Assembly (NCBI GenBank): GCA_964035545.1
Contig: OZ037769.1
Coordinates: forward strand, 3,639,929 to 3,703,928
DNA length: 64,000 bases
Direction: 5' to 3'
DNA from: Bugula neritina
Lineage: Eukaryota > Animalia > Bryozoa
A program made the position numbers and the translations under genes. The notes under the pieces were generated by a model. The model was not told the origin of the DNA and did not search any database. It saw only the letters and a list, made by a program, of their open reading frames with translations. Of this stretch, positions 1 through 13,473 are shown in pieces. Within the stretch, counting starts at the first letter, position 1; each line of letters begins with the position of its first letter.

Positions 1-46
1 ACACACACACACACACACACGTATATATGAATATTTTAACATGTAG

Positions 47-3000
47 CTTCCACTTAGACTTGGCGGTCGAGAAACAATCATTAAGGCTCCTGATGGGCTA
101 GATGTATACTATGCACCTGCAACTGAAACAAAGTGGGACAGTGAGTGTTTATACTGAAATAATAGAGATACAATCTTTACTGGCCAATCTCTTCATCCAG
201 CTATATTATATCTTGTTTGGCCAGTCAGCAAATCGTCAGATTGACTTTTTTTAATGGCATGACAAGCGTGCATATCAAGAATGTCATGAGTTTGTGATGT
301 CATAGAATAATGTGTGTCACTACCGGTTGCATGGCTGAGAAAGTGTGTTTAAAGCTTCAGCAAGAGTACTAAATGTAAGCAAATGTGTCAAATAGGTCTC
401 AGGTGATGTGATAATTTGAGCCAGATAGGTGTCCATGTTTTACCAATATACTTCACAGAATTTTTCTTGAAGTATTGTATTAGGAATTGCTTTATGTTGC
501 TTTGTAGATATGGGGACTTATGTTGGCTGTTTTTACAACTCTCCGAAGTTGTTTAGCGAGCCTCCAGTAACCTTAGTAGAATCATCTGTATACTCATGTC
601 TATCGAATTGTTCTTTTAGTGGTAGGTATATAGTATAAGCTAGTATATACAACTGTAAATAAACTACTATATATAATTACAATGAAATATTTTGCTTAAA
701 TTAATTCAAGTGACATGTTTTGAGTGTCTAAGTTTCTGTATACGCAGTAGCTAGTTATTATAGGCAGTAAAACAAAATGAATTTTATGGTGAACGTTATG
801 GTAGAGTATAAAATGATTAAGTATGAGTTTGAAGGTTTTTTTGTGGCTTGTAAATTATATCAACAGCTTGGTTTTTACTATACAATTGGTGTGGCTTGTT
901 TCTTTTAATGCTTTAATACAATTTGCTCTTCTATTTATAATTTCTTATTTAATGTCTTGAAATATAGCATTTCTGTAATGAACTTACTTTGAACTGAAGC
1001 AATTAAGTTTCAACAGTTAAATATTACTAAAAATGAATATCTTTTCAAAATTTTACCAAGTGCGTGCTTTTAAAGTACGGTATATATTGTAATATTTCCA
1101 TTAAATGCAACGTTGAAACAAATTCTAGAATTAAAAAACCATGTAAAAAAGATTAATTGAGTACACATTTATTATGCAATGTGAAGTTTATATGGTATTG
1201 AAACTTGAATTTCTAAATTTAAAAAATTGCATCTCATCAAATAATGAAGCTCAACATAATTACTAAAAAGCAAGCCCAGTGTGAAAAATATAAAAAAAAT
1301 GTAATACAGGCCTATAATATAACTGGTTAAAATGAATTAATTATTACTTTCCATAAGAATTTAATAATTAATGTATAGTATAACATGTATTTGATATAAG
1401 TAAATTCTGACATCTGTTTTTCTCCTAGGCTATAGCTATGCTGGACTAGAGGACTCAAACAAATGTTATTGCGGGGACTCTTACAACTATCAGGCGGTGA
1501 AGTTGGAGAATTACGAGTGTGACTCTTATTGTTCTGATAAGTCATATGGATGTGGGGGAGATAACAATCAAATCACTATATACAACACAAATTATCTAGG
1601 TCAGGCAAAGAACTATGCTATTTATATAAATGTCACCCAAAAGCACGTTATATCTTATTATGATGTTTTTTTTATTTTCAGTAAAATATTACAAACCTAC
1701 AAACACAACTGCTATATTTTTAAATGTTTTTTACATGAATTTTAATAGTTGAAAATTTTCACACCAAAACACTCAATACTACTGACTCTAGATGATGAAT
1801 TCATTAGTTTGAAGTCATAAATTTTGCGCAGAAAATAAAATAACTGACTAGTTTTGCATATATAATCTTTGCAGGTGTGCTAGCTATAACTTTCTTTGCT
1901 TTAATAAGCTTTTTCCTCTACCTAAAAAGTTTTACGTTGAACATTTTTACAGAACAAAAATAACATAATTACTGTGCAGTGATTACGTGCAATGTCTGCA
2001 ACAATTATAAAAACTATTTGCAAAAAATGTTTTATTTCTCTTTGCAATATATTGACTATGATTGCATAATTACCAGAACAGGGTTATACCTATATTTTGC
2101 TTTATAGTTTGCTTTGATAAATTATGAAATTATATGAACCAACTGTTGATTTACCGCATGCTTGATAATTATAGGCTGCTACAGTGGAAGTCTGGCACAT
2201 AAAATGGACATAGGAGATAAAGTTAAGCCGGAAAAATGTCTGTTGGCGTGTCAGAAAAAAGGTGTGATAAAAGTTATATGCATAAACATATATTTTGTCA
2301 ATTTTAGGTTTGAAATTTTAGAGTAATAAGTTTATAAGACTATAGAAGGGTGGCATAAGCTAATGTTACTAATGATACTAATTTTTCAAATCAATAAGAA
2401 TTTTTTTACTTTCTTATATCAGTTGAACACAATAGTACAAGTATATAGTACTTCTTGATAGTAAAAAAAATGTTTTATCAAAAAGTATTCATTGAAGAAA
2501 ATGTCTATTATTTATGTATTATTGTTTTTTTTGTCCTACAAAATTATGTGAAAATTCGAAAAAACTATTCTGGATAATTCATAATTATATTAACTATTAT
2601 TTCATGTTTAGCAATCAATACAACAGTTATATAGGTAAACATAAGTATATCAATATAAACAATATTGTGCAAAAATAAAAATGGCATCTGAGTGGGAAGA
2701 AACCTATATTAACAGAGCTTGCTGCTAATTAGAGTCTAGTTGACTTAAAGTGCAGCAACTAACTTGAGCAGCTTTAACCTAATTTTTCCAACATATAAAA
2801 AATAAAAAGTCATTTGTGTAGACTTTTCTAGTCATATAAAAATAATTGTCTTTAATTGTACTGAAAAATGTAGGAGATGCATACATAATGATCAGACTAA
2901 TTTTATTTGTTGCAGGATATGATTATGTTGGCCTAACAGATGGTGGAAAATGTTTCTGTGATTATTCCCTCTATCGGAATTCACAAATAAATGATAACTC

Positions 3001-3079
3001 CTGCAACTACACATGTATAGCTAGCCCCAGCAGCATTTGTGGTTCAAAGACAGCATCAGTTGTTTATAAAATACAATGA
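47..3079 (+). CDS. Gene A1 (5'-partial): linker + 2 WSC domains of a CD225-WSC fusion protein; upstream exons lie before the window
   Basis: Exons 47-140 (LPLRLGGRE...KWD, phase 0 to 1), 508-621 (MGTYVGCFYN...SCLSNCSFSG), 1429-1599 (YSYAGLEDSNKCYCGD...CGGDNNQITIYNTNYLG), 2175-2261 (CYSGS...CLLACQKKG), 2916-3079 (YDYVGLTDGGKCFCD...ICGSKTASVVYKIQ*). All GT-AG and in frame. WSC signature YxGC..C..C..YAG..CxC..C..C..CG..VY. AATAAA near 3216. Confidence 0.88.
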
Positions 3080-5394
3080 ATATACTAACATATAATATAG
3101 ATTGGTTTTATGCCAGTTTAAATGTCAAAGTTACTCAAAAATCTATCTATAACGTTTCAATTTATTATATTTTTATACATTTTATTTTTATTTACTTTAG
3201 AATAGTAAAATATACAATAAAAGTTAGCAAAGTCAGTTTGTATTGTCTTTATAAATAGAATTGTGCTGCAGCGCATTATCATAAACAAAAACAAATTTAG
3301 CTTTTCTAGCAAATCTAACATATTTAATTAGAGAACTTTATGATTGAGTATTTGCTATGAAGCTATGTTCATTACAGAATACTGGTTTTACTTGTATATG
3401 ATATAATTTTTTCTCATTAAAGCATTTGCTGTGATAGCAATCCTCACATGCGGCACATTCATTTTTTACCTCTCAATTAATACTTTACTCTGCAATTGAA
3501 AACTCTACTGCTTTAGAAGCTTTGAAATTCTACAGTAGGCAATGTTTTAAAATAATATACTGTGCCATTAAACTTCAATAATGTATTTTGTATATTCATA
3601 ATAGTATTTCTTTAACATAATAATGATAATAAATTTGATAGTGCCAACACATGCATATAATTATAAATCTTTTGTTTGCAAAACAAAAAGAAAATTAAAA
3701 AATTTATTTGCAGCAAAAAAATCAAAATCAGCTTTGATCTCCACAATTTAAAAATATTCAGTATTTCAAAATAATGCTTTAAAATATTATTGTATACAAA
3801 AATAATATTTCTCAAACCTGTTAAATGCTAATTTTCAGAATCCTTGCCCCATTATTAGTAAATTCACCAAAGTGAACAAAGTAAAGTACACAATAGAGAT
3901 TTTTGTAAAATTAAACAAGGGTTGAGAGTTTTTGCACCTGAAGCAAATTATAGTCAGTGTAATAACAGAGAAGTTCTTAATTATTACATAACATCAGCAA
4001 AAAATCTGAGAAGTAATTGATGAATCACCACAAAATTGTTTAAAGTGTATGCAAGCCTGTGTTAGAGAAATGTATATATAAACTTAGTTAATTAAGTGCA
4101 GCTTTTCTTATAACATCTATATATTGCTATTATAATGATCAGCATGCGTGCTTATATACCTATTTTTTAAGCTGTGAGTAATTTATTCTGACTAAATTTA
4201 AGCAAGTATGAAATAATTTATAGAAATGCATTAAAATATTTTTATTTTTGCTAAATATATTTTGGTTTATGTAATATTTTCAATACCAAGTGCAGATAAA
4301 ATAGGTATTATACATTGCTAGATATCTTTTATTGAGAATATGAGTGCCGTATTATTGCTAACCATGTATTAAAAGTTCTTAAATCATTATCAAATTGTGA
4401 AAATTCTTGACTTTCTGAGCATACAGCCAAGTCTAACAAATTATTTAGAGCTGCTAAAAGCTACCCTTCAATTATCAAAATAGTTCATACTGCTCTTGCT
4501 GCCAGCTGCATGCAGTCTTTGTATAGAAATAGCAAGTGTTTTAGAGATTTACTCACCATTTTTAAAAAAGCACATGATAGAATAAAAACATCAATATAAA
4601 ATACTCATTGGATGTTAAATTATATACTTTATAACTATAACGTTCATTTTAAATTCGGCGTCTTGCTATACTCAAATAAGTTTTAGTTGGAATTCACACT
4701 GCAGTTATATAACTTAAGGAAACTTACTTTTTGTTTCAGTCAAAACATTAGTGGGTTAATAATATTTCAAACTATAAGGGAATACATTATAATTACAGTC
4801 TGTCTCAAAAACTAAAACTGTAATAATGTAATCATAAGAAATAGAAACCAAAACAAGATATGCCAACAGAATAATATTGTTCCAAAGAATAATGAGGCAA
4901 AGCATGCTACTCTGTAATAATAATCTTCTTTGAATTCATGATTGGATATTATATAATCAATTTTGGAAAAAGTATAATGACTATTGCAATAAGTATAGAT
5001 TAGATATATGGAAAACAACAACAGTTATATTGACACGTTTATTATACTCAGCCGCACTGAATACATTCAGCTACATGTGACTGCAAGTGATTAGAATATC
5101 TATGAAATCATATCGTAATTTTAATACAGATATTCTATTGATTTTTAACTCTTGTGTAAATAGAGATGATTCAGTGTTAACTGATTAAAATACCTTTAAT
5201 ATAAGATATGCAGACATATGTATGTATAATGTCCTATATGTGGTAAAAGCTATATATAGGTATATATTATGTCTAATTGGTATAAAGCTATAAGCTATGT
5301 CTATGTGTGTGTATGTCTATGATATGCAGAGAGTAAGATAACTCTTGAATCACAGATAAGATAAATATATTATAGTTGTTGACATTGTGGCATA

Positions 5395-5404
5395 ATCACG
5401 TGAC
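5395..5404. promoter_or_regulatory. TCACGTGA E-box (CLEAR-like) about 70 bp upstream of the A2 first donor; paralogous site at 12921-12930
   Basis: aTCACGTGAC is a 9/10 match to GTCACGTGAC. ATCACGTGAT sits at the equivalent position of A3. Motif match only. Confidence 0.35.
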
Positions 5405-5953
5405 CAGCTCTCTATATTACACTGATGCAGTTAGCTATAGTTATTAGGTCAGTGATTCCTCAACAGTGTGGGTAAGTAATGCAATTTCACATAAAATAGT
5501 TACAACAGGCTGTATATTATGTATGTTATATAATGGAGTGACAAATATCACTGATAAACATGACACAAAAATAATGTTGTTATAATCACTTTGTTTTTAC
5601 AATAATTATACTTATAGTTTCTAGTAATTAGAATACATAGATTCATACTATTAAAATGTTTAAATAATATAGTACGTCATTTTCAAATTTGAATTTATAT
5701 GTTCTTCAGGTAGTTGCAGCAATAATTTTTTTCTACCACTAATTTTACACAGAATATCAATCTTGAGACACTCTAATGCATAATAACTTGATGTAGGTGC
5801 TAAAGTTTTGTTACACTTTTAAAGTTATAAGTTAAGTTACATCTGCATGCAAATGTAAGTTGTGCTAATATATCTATACAGTTTTATGTTCAGCATATAA
5901 ACTGTGTTGAAAAATTACAAACAGCTGCAGCTCCTTATCAAGGTTTCCCAGCA

Positions 5954-8900
5954 ATGTCTGAAAAGAATCAGTACAACACCGACCTTCCCCCCTCTTATGA
6001 GGTCAGTTCTGGATTCTCCCAGAATGCTTATGCCACACCAGGCTCCGTACAAGCTGGTTATGCCACACCAGGCTCTGTACAGGCTGGTTATACTTTGGTT
6101 GGATATTCCTCCTCCTCTGATCATGTGACCACTCCGCCCACTTCCTTTCCGGCATGTTCTCCGAGGGTAGGGATGACTCATCAGCCAGGAGGGCCCTTGC
6201 CAGAGGTGAGCTAATATATGATATACATTGCATGCTGCTGTTGACCAGGAAACAGCTGCGGTATACGGGTTAGAGTTTTAGCGTAGTGAACATGAAGTCA
6301 TGGGTTTGATCCCCAGTAATTGCCATTAGTGATGTTAGAAAGAGCGTCCAGTTATAATTGCTCCTATGCCACATATGAATAAGTCCTTAGCTTGCTATAA
6401 AAATAACCTTTTTCATCAAGGGTTCTTCAGGAGATAGTGACTATAAACTCATGACCTTGACCAGCTAGACTCATTTTTTACTACAGACAACATGCAAATA
6501 AAACAATGGATATTAAACATTATTCATTTTTTGTAGTTTTTATTTTGTGGAACTAATACTTTTAGATACAATCTTCTGCAAAGCTCAGCATCTTTTATTA
6601 ATTTCAGAATAAGTACCATGCAGCTTTGAAAAACATATTACATCAGTTTAATATTGTACATATTGAAAATCTAAAGCTATATACAATAAGATACATCTAT
6701 AATTACATTTGATATAATAATTATATGGTATAGTAGGAGGCTAAAGCCACTGGAACAGAGTTGGTGATATGCCATATGAACATGGAATAAAAATTATTAG
6801 TTATAAATAATAAAACTCTCAATATGGATAAAATGTTATAGAGAATATATATTAGTAAAATCTTTATATTGTAGAAGTATGCAAGTTTTAGTAAAAATCC
6901 TTTTAATCAAAACAATTGTTAAAGGTAATTATAAGAAATAGACTGCAGTTTGCCGTGACTTTGATAATCAATAAAATGCTAGCGCAGTTAACTATAGCAG
7001 TTTACTAAAAATATGAAGATAAAGGAATACAGGTTTGTGCTATGTAAACAGTTGAAGCAGATAAAACTAAGCCAGTGTTTGCACTCTGGTTGAAATGAAT
7101 AATAAGCACTGCTAAATTATTTATCAAGATAATTATTATGCTGTTGACATATAAAATGCTCAATATGCTCTTTATTGAAAACTTAAAACTTTTTCTTTTT
7201 CTATTTTAAGGCATATCAGAAAATGGCTCAGTGCTGGTTTATTACTGCCATTGTTACCTGCGTATTCTTCTTTCCTCTTGGAATTCCGGCAGCAATATTC
7301 TGTCACAAAGCAAAGAAAGCAGCAGAAAGAGGAGACAACTTTGAATATCTCAAGTACCTAAAGATTGGTAGAGGTCTGGCGGGAGCTGGTATTGGTTTAT
7401 CCATAGCTGTTATAATAAACTTATCAGTTCAAGTGAGTGTCAATAAATTAGATTTAATATGAGTGTATGTTTATTAAATGGCTGAAGCTATCTCTCTCTA
7501 TCGCCATATATGCAACTCTTTATGTATACAAAAATACAGGCTCAAGCCTGCACGCGCACGCACATGTATATATGAATATTTTAATATGCAGCTTCCACTT
7601 AGACTTGGCGGTCGAGAAACAATCATTAAGGCTCCTGATGGGCTAGATGTATACTATGCACCTGCAACTGAAACAAAGTGGAACAGTGAGTGTTTATACT
7701 GACATTATAGAGACAAGGTATTTACTGATGGAGGATTAACATCTAGTTATCTGTATATCTTGTTTGACCAGTCAGCAAATCGTCAGATTGGCTTATTATT
7801 AATGGCATGACAGTGTGCTTATCAAGAATGTTATGATTCTGTGATGTCATAGAATAATGTGTGTCACTACCAGTTGCATAGGTGAGAAAATGTGTTTAAA
7901 GCTTCAGCAGGAGTACCAAATGTAAGCAAATGTGTCAGATAGGTATCAGGTGATGTGATAATGAGCCAGATATTATAGGTGTCCATGTTTTACCAATATA
8001 CTTCACAGAATATTTCTTGAAGTAATGTATTAGAAATTGCTTTATGTTGCTTTGTAGATATGGGGACTTATGTTGGCTGTTTTTACAACTCTCCCAAACT
8101 ATTTAGCAAGCCCCCAGTAACCTTAATAGAATCATCTGTATATTCATGTCTCTCGAATTGTTCTTTTAGTGGTAGGTATATGATATAAGATAGTATATAC
8201 AACTGTAACTAAACTACTATATATATAATTGCAATGAAATATTTTTCCTTAAATTAATTCAAGTGATGCGTTTTGAGTTTCTAAATTTCTGTATATGCAG
8301 TAGCTAGCTATTATAGGCAGTAAAACAAAATGAATTTTATGGTGAACGCTATGGTAGAGTATAAAATGATTAACTATGAGTTTGAAGGTCTTTTTGTGGC
8401 TTGTAAATTATATCAACAGCTTGGTTAATACTATACAATTGGTGTGGCTTGTTTCTTTTAATGCTTTAATACAATTTGCTCTTCTATTTAATTTCTTATT
8501 TAATGTCTTGAAATATAGCATTTCTGTAATGAACTTACATTGAATTGAAGCAATTAAGTTTCAACAGTTAAATATTACTAAAAGTGAATATTTTTTCAAA
8601 ATTTTACCAAGTGTGTGCTTTTAAAGTACGGTTATATATATTGTAATATTTCCATTAAATGCAACATTGAAACAAATTCTAGGATTCAAAAACCATGTAA
8701 AAAAGATTAATTGAGTACACATTTATTATGCAATGTGAAGTTTATATGGTATTGAAACTTGAATTTCTAAATTTAAAAAATTGCATCTCACCAAATAATA
8801 AAGCTCAACATAATTACTAAAAAGCAAGCCCAGTGTGAAAAATATAAAAATAATATAATATAGGCCTATAATATAACTGGCTAAAATAAATTACTTTCCA

Positions 8901-10657
8901 TAAGAATTTAATGTATAACATAACATGTATTTGATATATGTAAATTTTTGACATCTGTTTTTCTTCTAGGCTATAGCTATGCTGAACTAGAGGACTCAAA
9001 TAAATGTTATTGCGGTGACTCTTACAACTATCAGGCAGTAAAGTTGGAGAATTACGAGTGTGACTCTTATTGTTCTGATAAGTCATATGGATGTGGGGGA
9101 GATAACAATCAAATCACTGTTTACAACACAAATTATTTAGGTCAGACACAAAACTATGCTATCTGTATAAATGTCATCCAAAAGCACATTATATTTTATT
9201 ATGCTGCTTTTGTAGTTTTAGTAAACTACAAACCTACAAACACAACTGCTATATTTTTAAATGTTTTTTACATGAATTTTAATAGTTGAAAACTTTTCAC
9301 ACCAAAACACTCAAAGCTACTGACTCTAGATGATGAATTCATCAGTTTGAAGTCATAAATTTTGTGCAGACAATAAAATAACTGAGTAGTTTTGCATGTA
9401 TAATTTTTGCAGGTGTGCTAGCTATAACTTTCTTTGCTTTAATAAGCTTTTTCCTCTACCTAAAAAGTTTTACGTTGAACATTTTTACAGAACAAAAGTA
9501 ACATAATTGCTGTGCGGTGATTACGTGCAATGTCTGTAGCAATCAAAAACTATATTTACAAAAAATATTATATTTCTTTTTGCAATATATTGACCATGAT
9601 TGCATAATCACCAGAACAGGGTTACACCTATATAGGTGTATTTTGCTTTATATTATATATATTTTATATTTTGCTTTATAATTTGCTTTGATAAATTATG
9701 AAATTATATGAACCAACTGTTGATTTAGGGCATGCTTGATAATTATAGGCTGCTACAGTGGAAGTCTGGCACATAAAATGGACATAGGAGATAAAGTCAA
9801 GCCTGAAACTTGTCTGTTGGCATGTCAGAAAAAAGGTATGATAAAATTTATATGCATAAACATATATTATTTTGTCAATTTTAGATTTGAAATTTTAGAG
9901 TAATAAGTTTATAAGACTATAGAAAGGTGGCATGAGCCAATGTTATGCTTAATAATACTAATTTTTTCCGAATCAACAAGAATTTATTTTCTTTTTTATA
10001 TCAGTTGAACACAATAGTACAAGTATATAGTACTTCTTGTTGGTAGAAAATAATATTTAATCAAAAAGTATTCATTGAAGAAAATGTCTATTATTTATGT
10101 ATTATTGTTTTTTTGTACTACAAAATTATGTGAAAATTGGAACACTATTTTGGATAATTCATATATTAACTATTATTTCATGTTTAGCAATCAATACAAC
10201 AGTTATATAGGTAAACATAAGTATATCACTATAAACAATATTGTGCAAAAATAAAAATGGCATCTGAGTGGGAAGAAACCTACTAATTAACAGAGCTTGC
10301 TGCTAATTAGAGTCTAGTTGACTTAAAGTGCAACAACTAACTTGAGCAGCTTTAACCTAATTTTTCCAACATATAAAAAATAAAAAGTCATTTGTGTAGA
10401 CTTTTCTAGTCATATAAAGATAATTGTCTTTAATTGTACTGAAAAATGTAGGAGATGCATACATAATGATCAGACTAATTTTATTTGTTGCAGGATATGA
10501 CTATGTTGGCCTAATAGATGGTGGAAAATGTTTCTGTGATTATTCTCTCTATCGGAATTCACAAACAAATGATAACTCCTGCAACTACACATGTATAGCT
10601 AGCCCCGGCAGCATTTGTGGTTCAAAGACAGCATCAGTTGTTTATAAAATACAATGA
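5954..10657 (+). CDS. Gene A2: Pro-rich tail + CD225/dispanin + linker + 2 WSC, about 367 aa
   Basis: Exons 5954-6205, 7211-7432 (CD225: WFITAIVTCVFFFPLGIPAAIFCHKAKKAAERGD...TM2), 7592-7685, 8058-8171, 8970-9140, 9749-9835, 10494-10657. Total 1104 nt, one open frame, intron phases 0,0,1,1,1,1. Probable non-coding first exon ends at the GTAAGT donor at 5472. Confidence 0.88.
6249..6456 (+). mobile_element. tRNA-derived SINE, family 1
   Basis: Homologous to the copies at 15623 and 26672. Degenerate A/B boxes. Flanked by a TTGACCAG direct repeat (6241-6248, 6457-6464). Confidence 0.78.
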
Positions 10658-13473
10658 ACTTACTAACATATAATATAGATTGGTTTTATGCCAGTTTAAC
10701 TGTCAAAGCTACTTAAAAATCTATCTATAACATTTCAATTTATTATATTTTTATACATTTTATTTTTATTTACTTTAGCATAGTAAAATACACAATAAAA
10801 GTTAGCAAAGTCAATTTGTTTTGTCTTTATAAATAGAATTGTGCTGCAGCGCATTATCATAAACAAAAACAAATTTAGCTTTTCTAGCAAATCTAACATA
10901 TTTAATTAGAGAACTTTATGATTGAGTATTTGCAATGAAGCTATGTTCATTACAGAATACTGGTTTTACTTGTATATGATATAATTTTTTCTCATTGAAG
11001 CATTTGCTGTGATAGCAATTCTCACATGCGGCACATTCATTTTTTATCTCTCAATTAGTACTTTACTCTGCAATTGAAAACTCTGCTGCTTTAGAAGCTT
11101 TGAAATTCTACAGTAGGCAGTGTTCTAAAATAATATATTGTGCCATTAAACTTAAATAATGTATTTCGTATATTCATAATAGTATTTCTTTAACATAATA
11201 ATGATAATAAATTTGATAGTGCCAACACATGCATATATTTATAAATCTTTTGTTTGCAAAACAAACAAAAAATTAAAAAAATTATTTGCAGCAAAAAAAT
11301 CAAAATCAGTTTTGATCTCCACAATTTAAAAATATTCAGTATTTCAAAATAATGCTTTAAAATATTATTGTATACAAAAATAATATTTCTCAAACCTGTT
11401 ACATGCTAATTTTCAGAATGCTTGCCCCATTATTAGTAAATTCACCAAAGTGAACAAAGTAAAGTACACAATAGAGATTTTTGTTAAATTAAACAATGGT
11501 TGAGAGTTTGTGCACCTGAAGCAAATTATAGTCAGTGTATGAACAGAGAAGTTCTTAAATATTACATAACATCAGCAAAAAGTCTGAGAAGTAATTGGTG
11601 AATTACCACAAAATTGTTTAAAGTGTATGCATGCCTGTGTAAATATTATAAACTTAGTTAAGTACAGCTTTTCCTATAACATCTATATTGCTATTATAAT
11701 GATCAGCATGCGTGATTATATATCTGTTTTTTAAGCTGTGAGTAATTTATTTTGACTAAATTTAAGCAAGTATAAATTGTGTTAGAAATTCATTAAAATA
11801 TTCTTATTTTTGCTAAATATATTTTGGTTCATGTCAATATTGTCGACTAGATATTGTGAGTAAACAACTGCACATTTTGTTCAGTTATTTTAGCCAGCTG
11901 ATATTCACATAACCAACAGGAAAAATTGAAAATGTAATATTTGCGATACCAAGTGCAGATAAAATAGGTATTATAGCTAACGGCTACTTTCCAATTCCCA
12001 TTACCTATCCAAATGGTTCATACTGCTCTTGCTGCTAGCTGCATAACAAGTGTTTTAGAGATTTACTCACCATTTTTATAAAAGTACATAATATAGAACA
12101 AAAACATAAGTATAAAATACTCATTGGATGCTACATTATACACCTTACTACATGTTCCATTTCAAATTGTGTTTTGCTATATAACTCAAATAGGCTTTGC
12201 AGTAACTGGAATTTAAACTGCAGTTGTATAATTTAAGGAAACTTACTTTTTGTCGCAGACAGAAAATTAGTGGGTTAATAATATTTTAAACTATAACGAA
12301 ATACATTATAATTACAATCTGTCTCAAGAACTAAAACTGTAATAGTATATATGATCATAGGAAATAGAAACCAAAACAAGATATGCCAACAGAATATTAT
12401 TGCTCCAAAGAATGATGAGGCAAAGTATGCTACTCTGTAATAATAATCTTTTTTAAATTTATGATTGAATATTATAATATAATCAATTTTGGAAAAAGTA
12501 TAATGACCATTGCATTAAATATAGATAAGATATATGGAAAACAAGAACAGTTATATTGACACGTTTATTATACTCAGCCGCACTGAATACATTCAGCTAC
12601 ATGTGACTGCAAGTGATTAGAATATCTATGAAATCATATCGTAATTTTAATACAGATATTCTATTGATTTTTAACTCTTGTGTAAATAGAGATGATTCAG
12701 TGTTAACTGATTAAAATATCTTTAATATAAGATATGCAGGCATATGTATGTATAATGTCCTATATGTGGTAAAAGCTATATATAGGTATATATTATGTCT
12801 AATTGGTATAAAGCTATAAGCTATGTCTATGTGTGTGTATGTCTATGGTATGCAGAGGGTAAGATAACTCCTGAATCACAGATAAGATGAATATATTATA
12901 GTTGTTGACATTGTGGCATAATCACGTGATCAGCTCTCTATATTACACTGATGTAGTTAGCTATAGTTATTAGGTCAGTGATTCTTCAACAGTGTGGGTA
13001 AGTAATGCAATTTCACATAAAATAGTTTTAACAGACTGTATAATATGTATGTTATATAATAGAGTGACAAATATCACTGATAAACATGACACAAAAATAA
13101 TGTTGTTATAATCACTTTTTTACAATAATTATAGTTATAGTTTCTAGTAATTAGAATACATAGATTCATACTATTAAAATGTTTAAATATAGTACACCAT
13201 TCTCAAATGTGAATTTATATGTTCTTCAGGTAGTTGCAGCAATCCTTTTTTCTACCACTAATTTTACACAAAAATATCAATCCTTAGACACTATAATGCA
13301 TAATAACTTGATATAAGTGCTAAAGTTTTGTTACACTTTTAAAGTTATAAGTTAATTTACATCTGTATTCAAATGTAAACTGTACTAATATATCTATACA
13401 GTTTTACATTTAGCATATGAACTGTGTTGAAGAATTACAAACAGCTGCAGCTCCTTATCAATGTTTTCCAGCA

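Noticed and set aside
3612-5021. Minus-strand hydrophobic ORFs, one repeated at 11190-11393
   Set aside because: Low-complexity AT-rich frames, conserved only because of the recent duplication.
7223-10657. CD225 and WSC as separate neighbouring genes, as the ORF track suggests
   Set aside because: The WSC exons have no signal peptide, and a phase-matched linker exon joins them to CD225 in all four complete genes.
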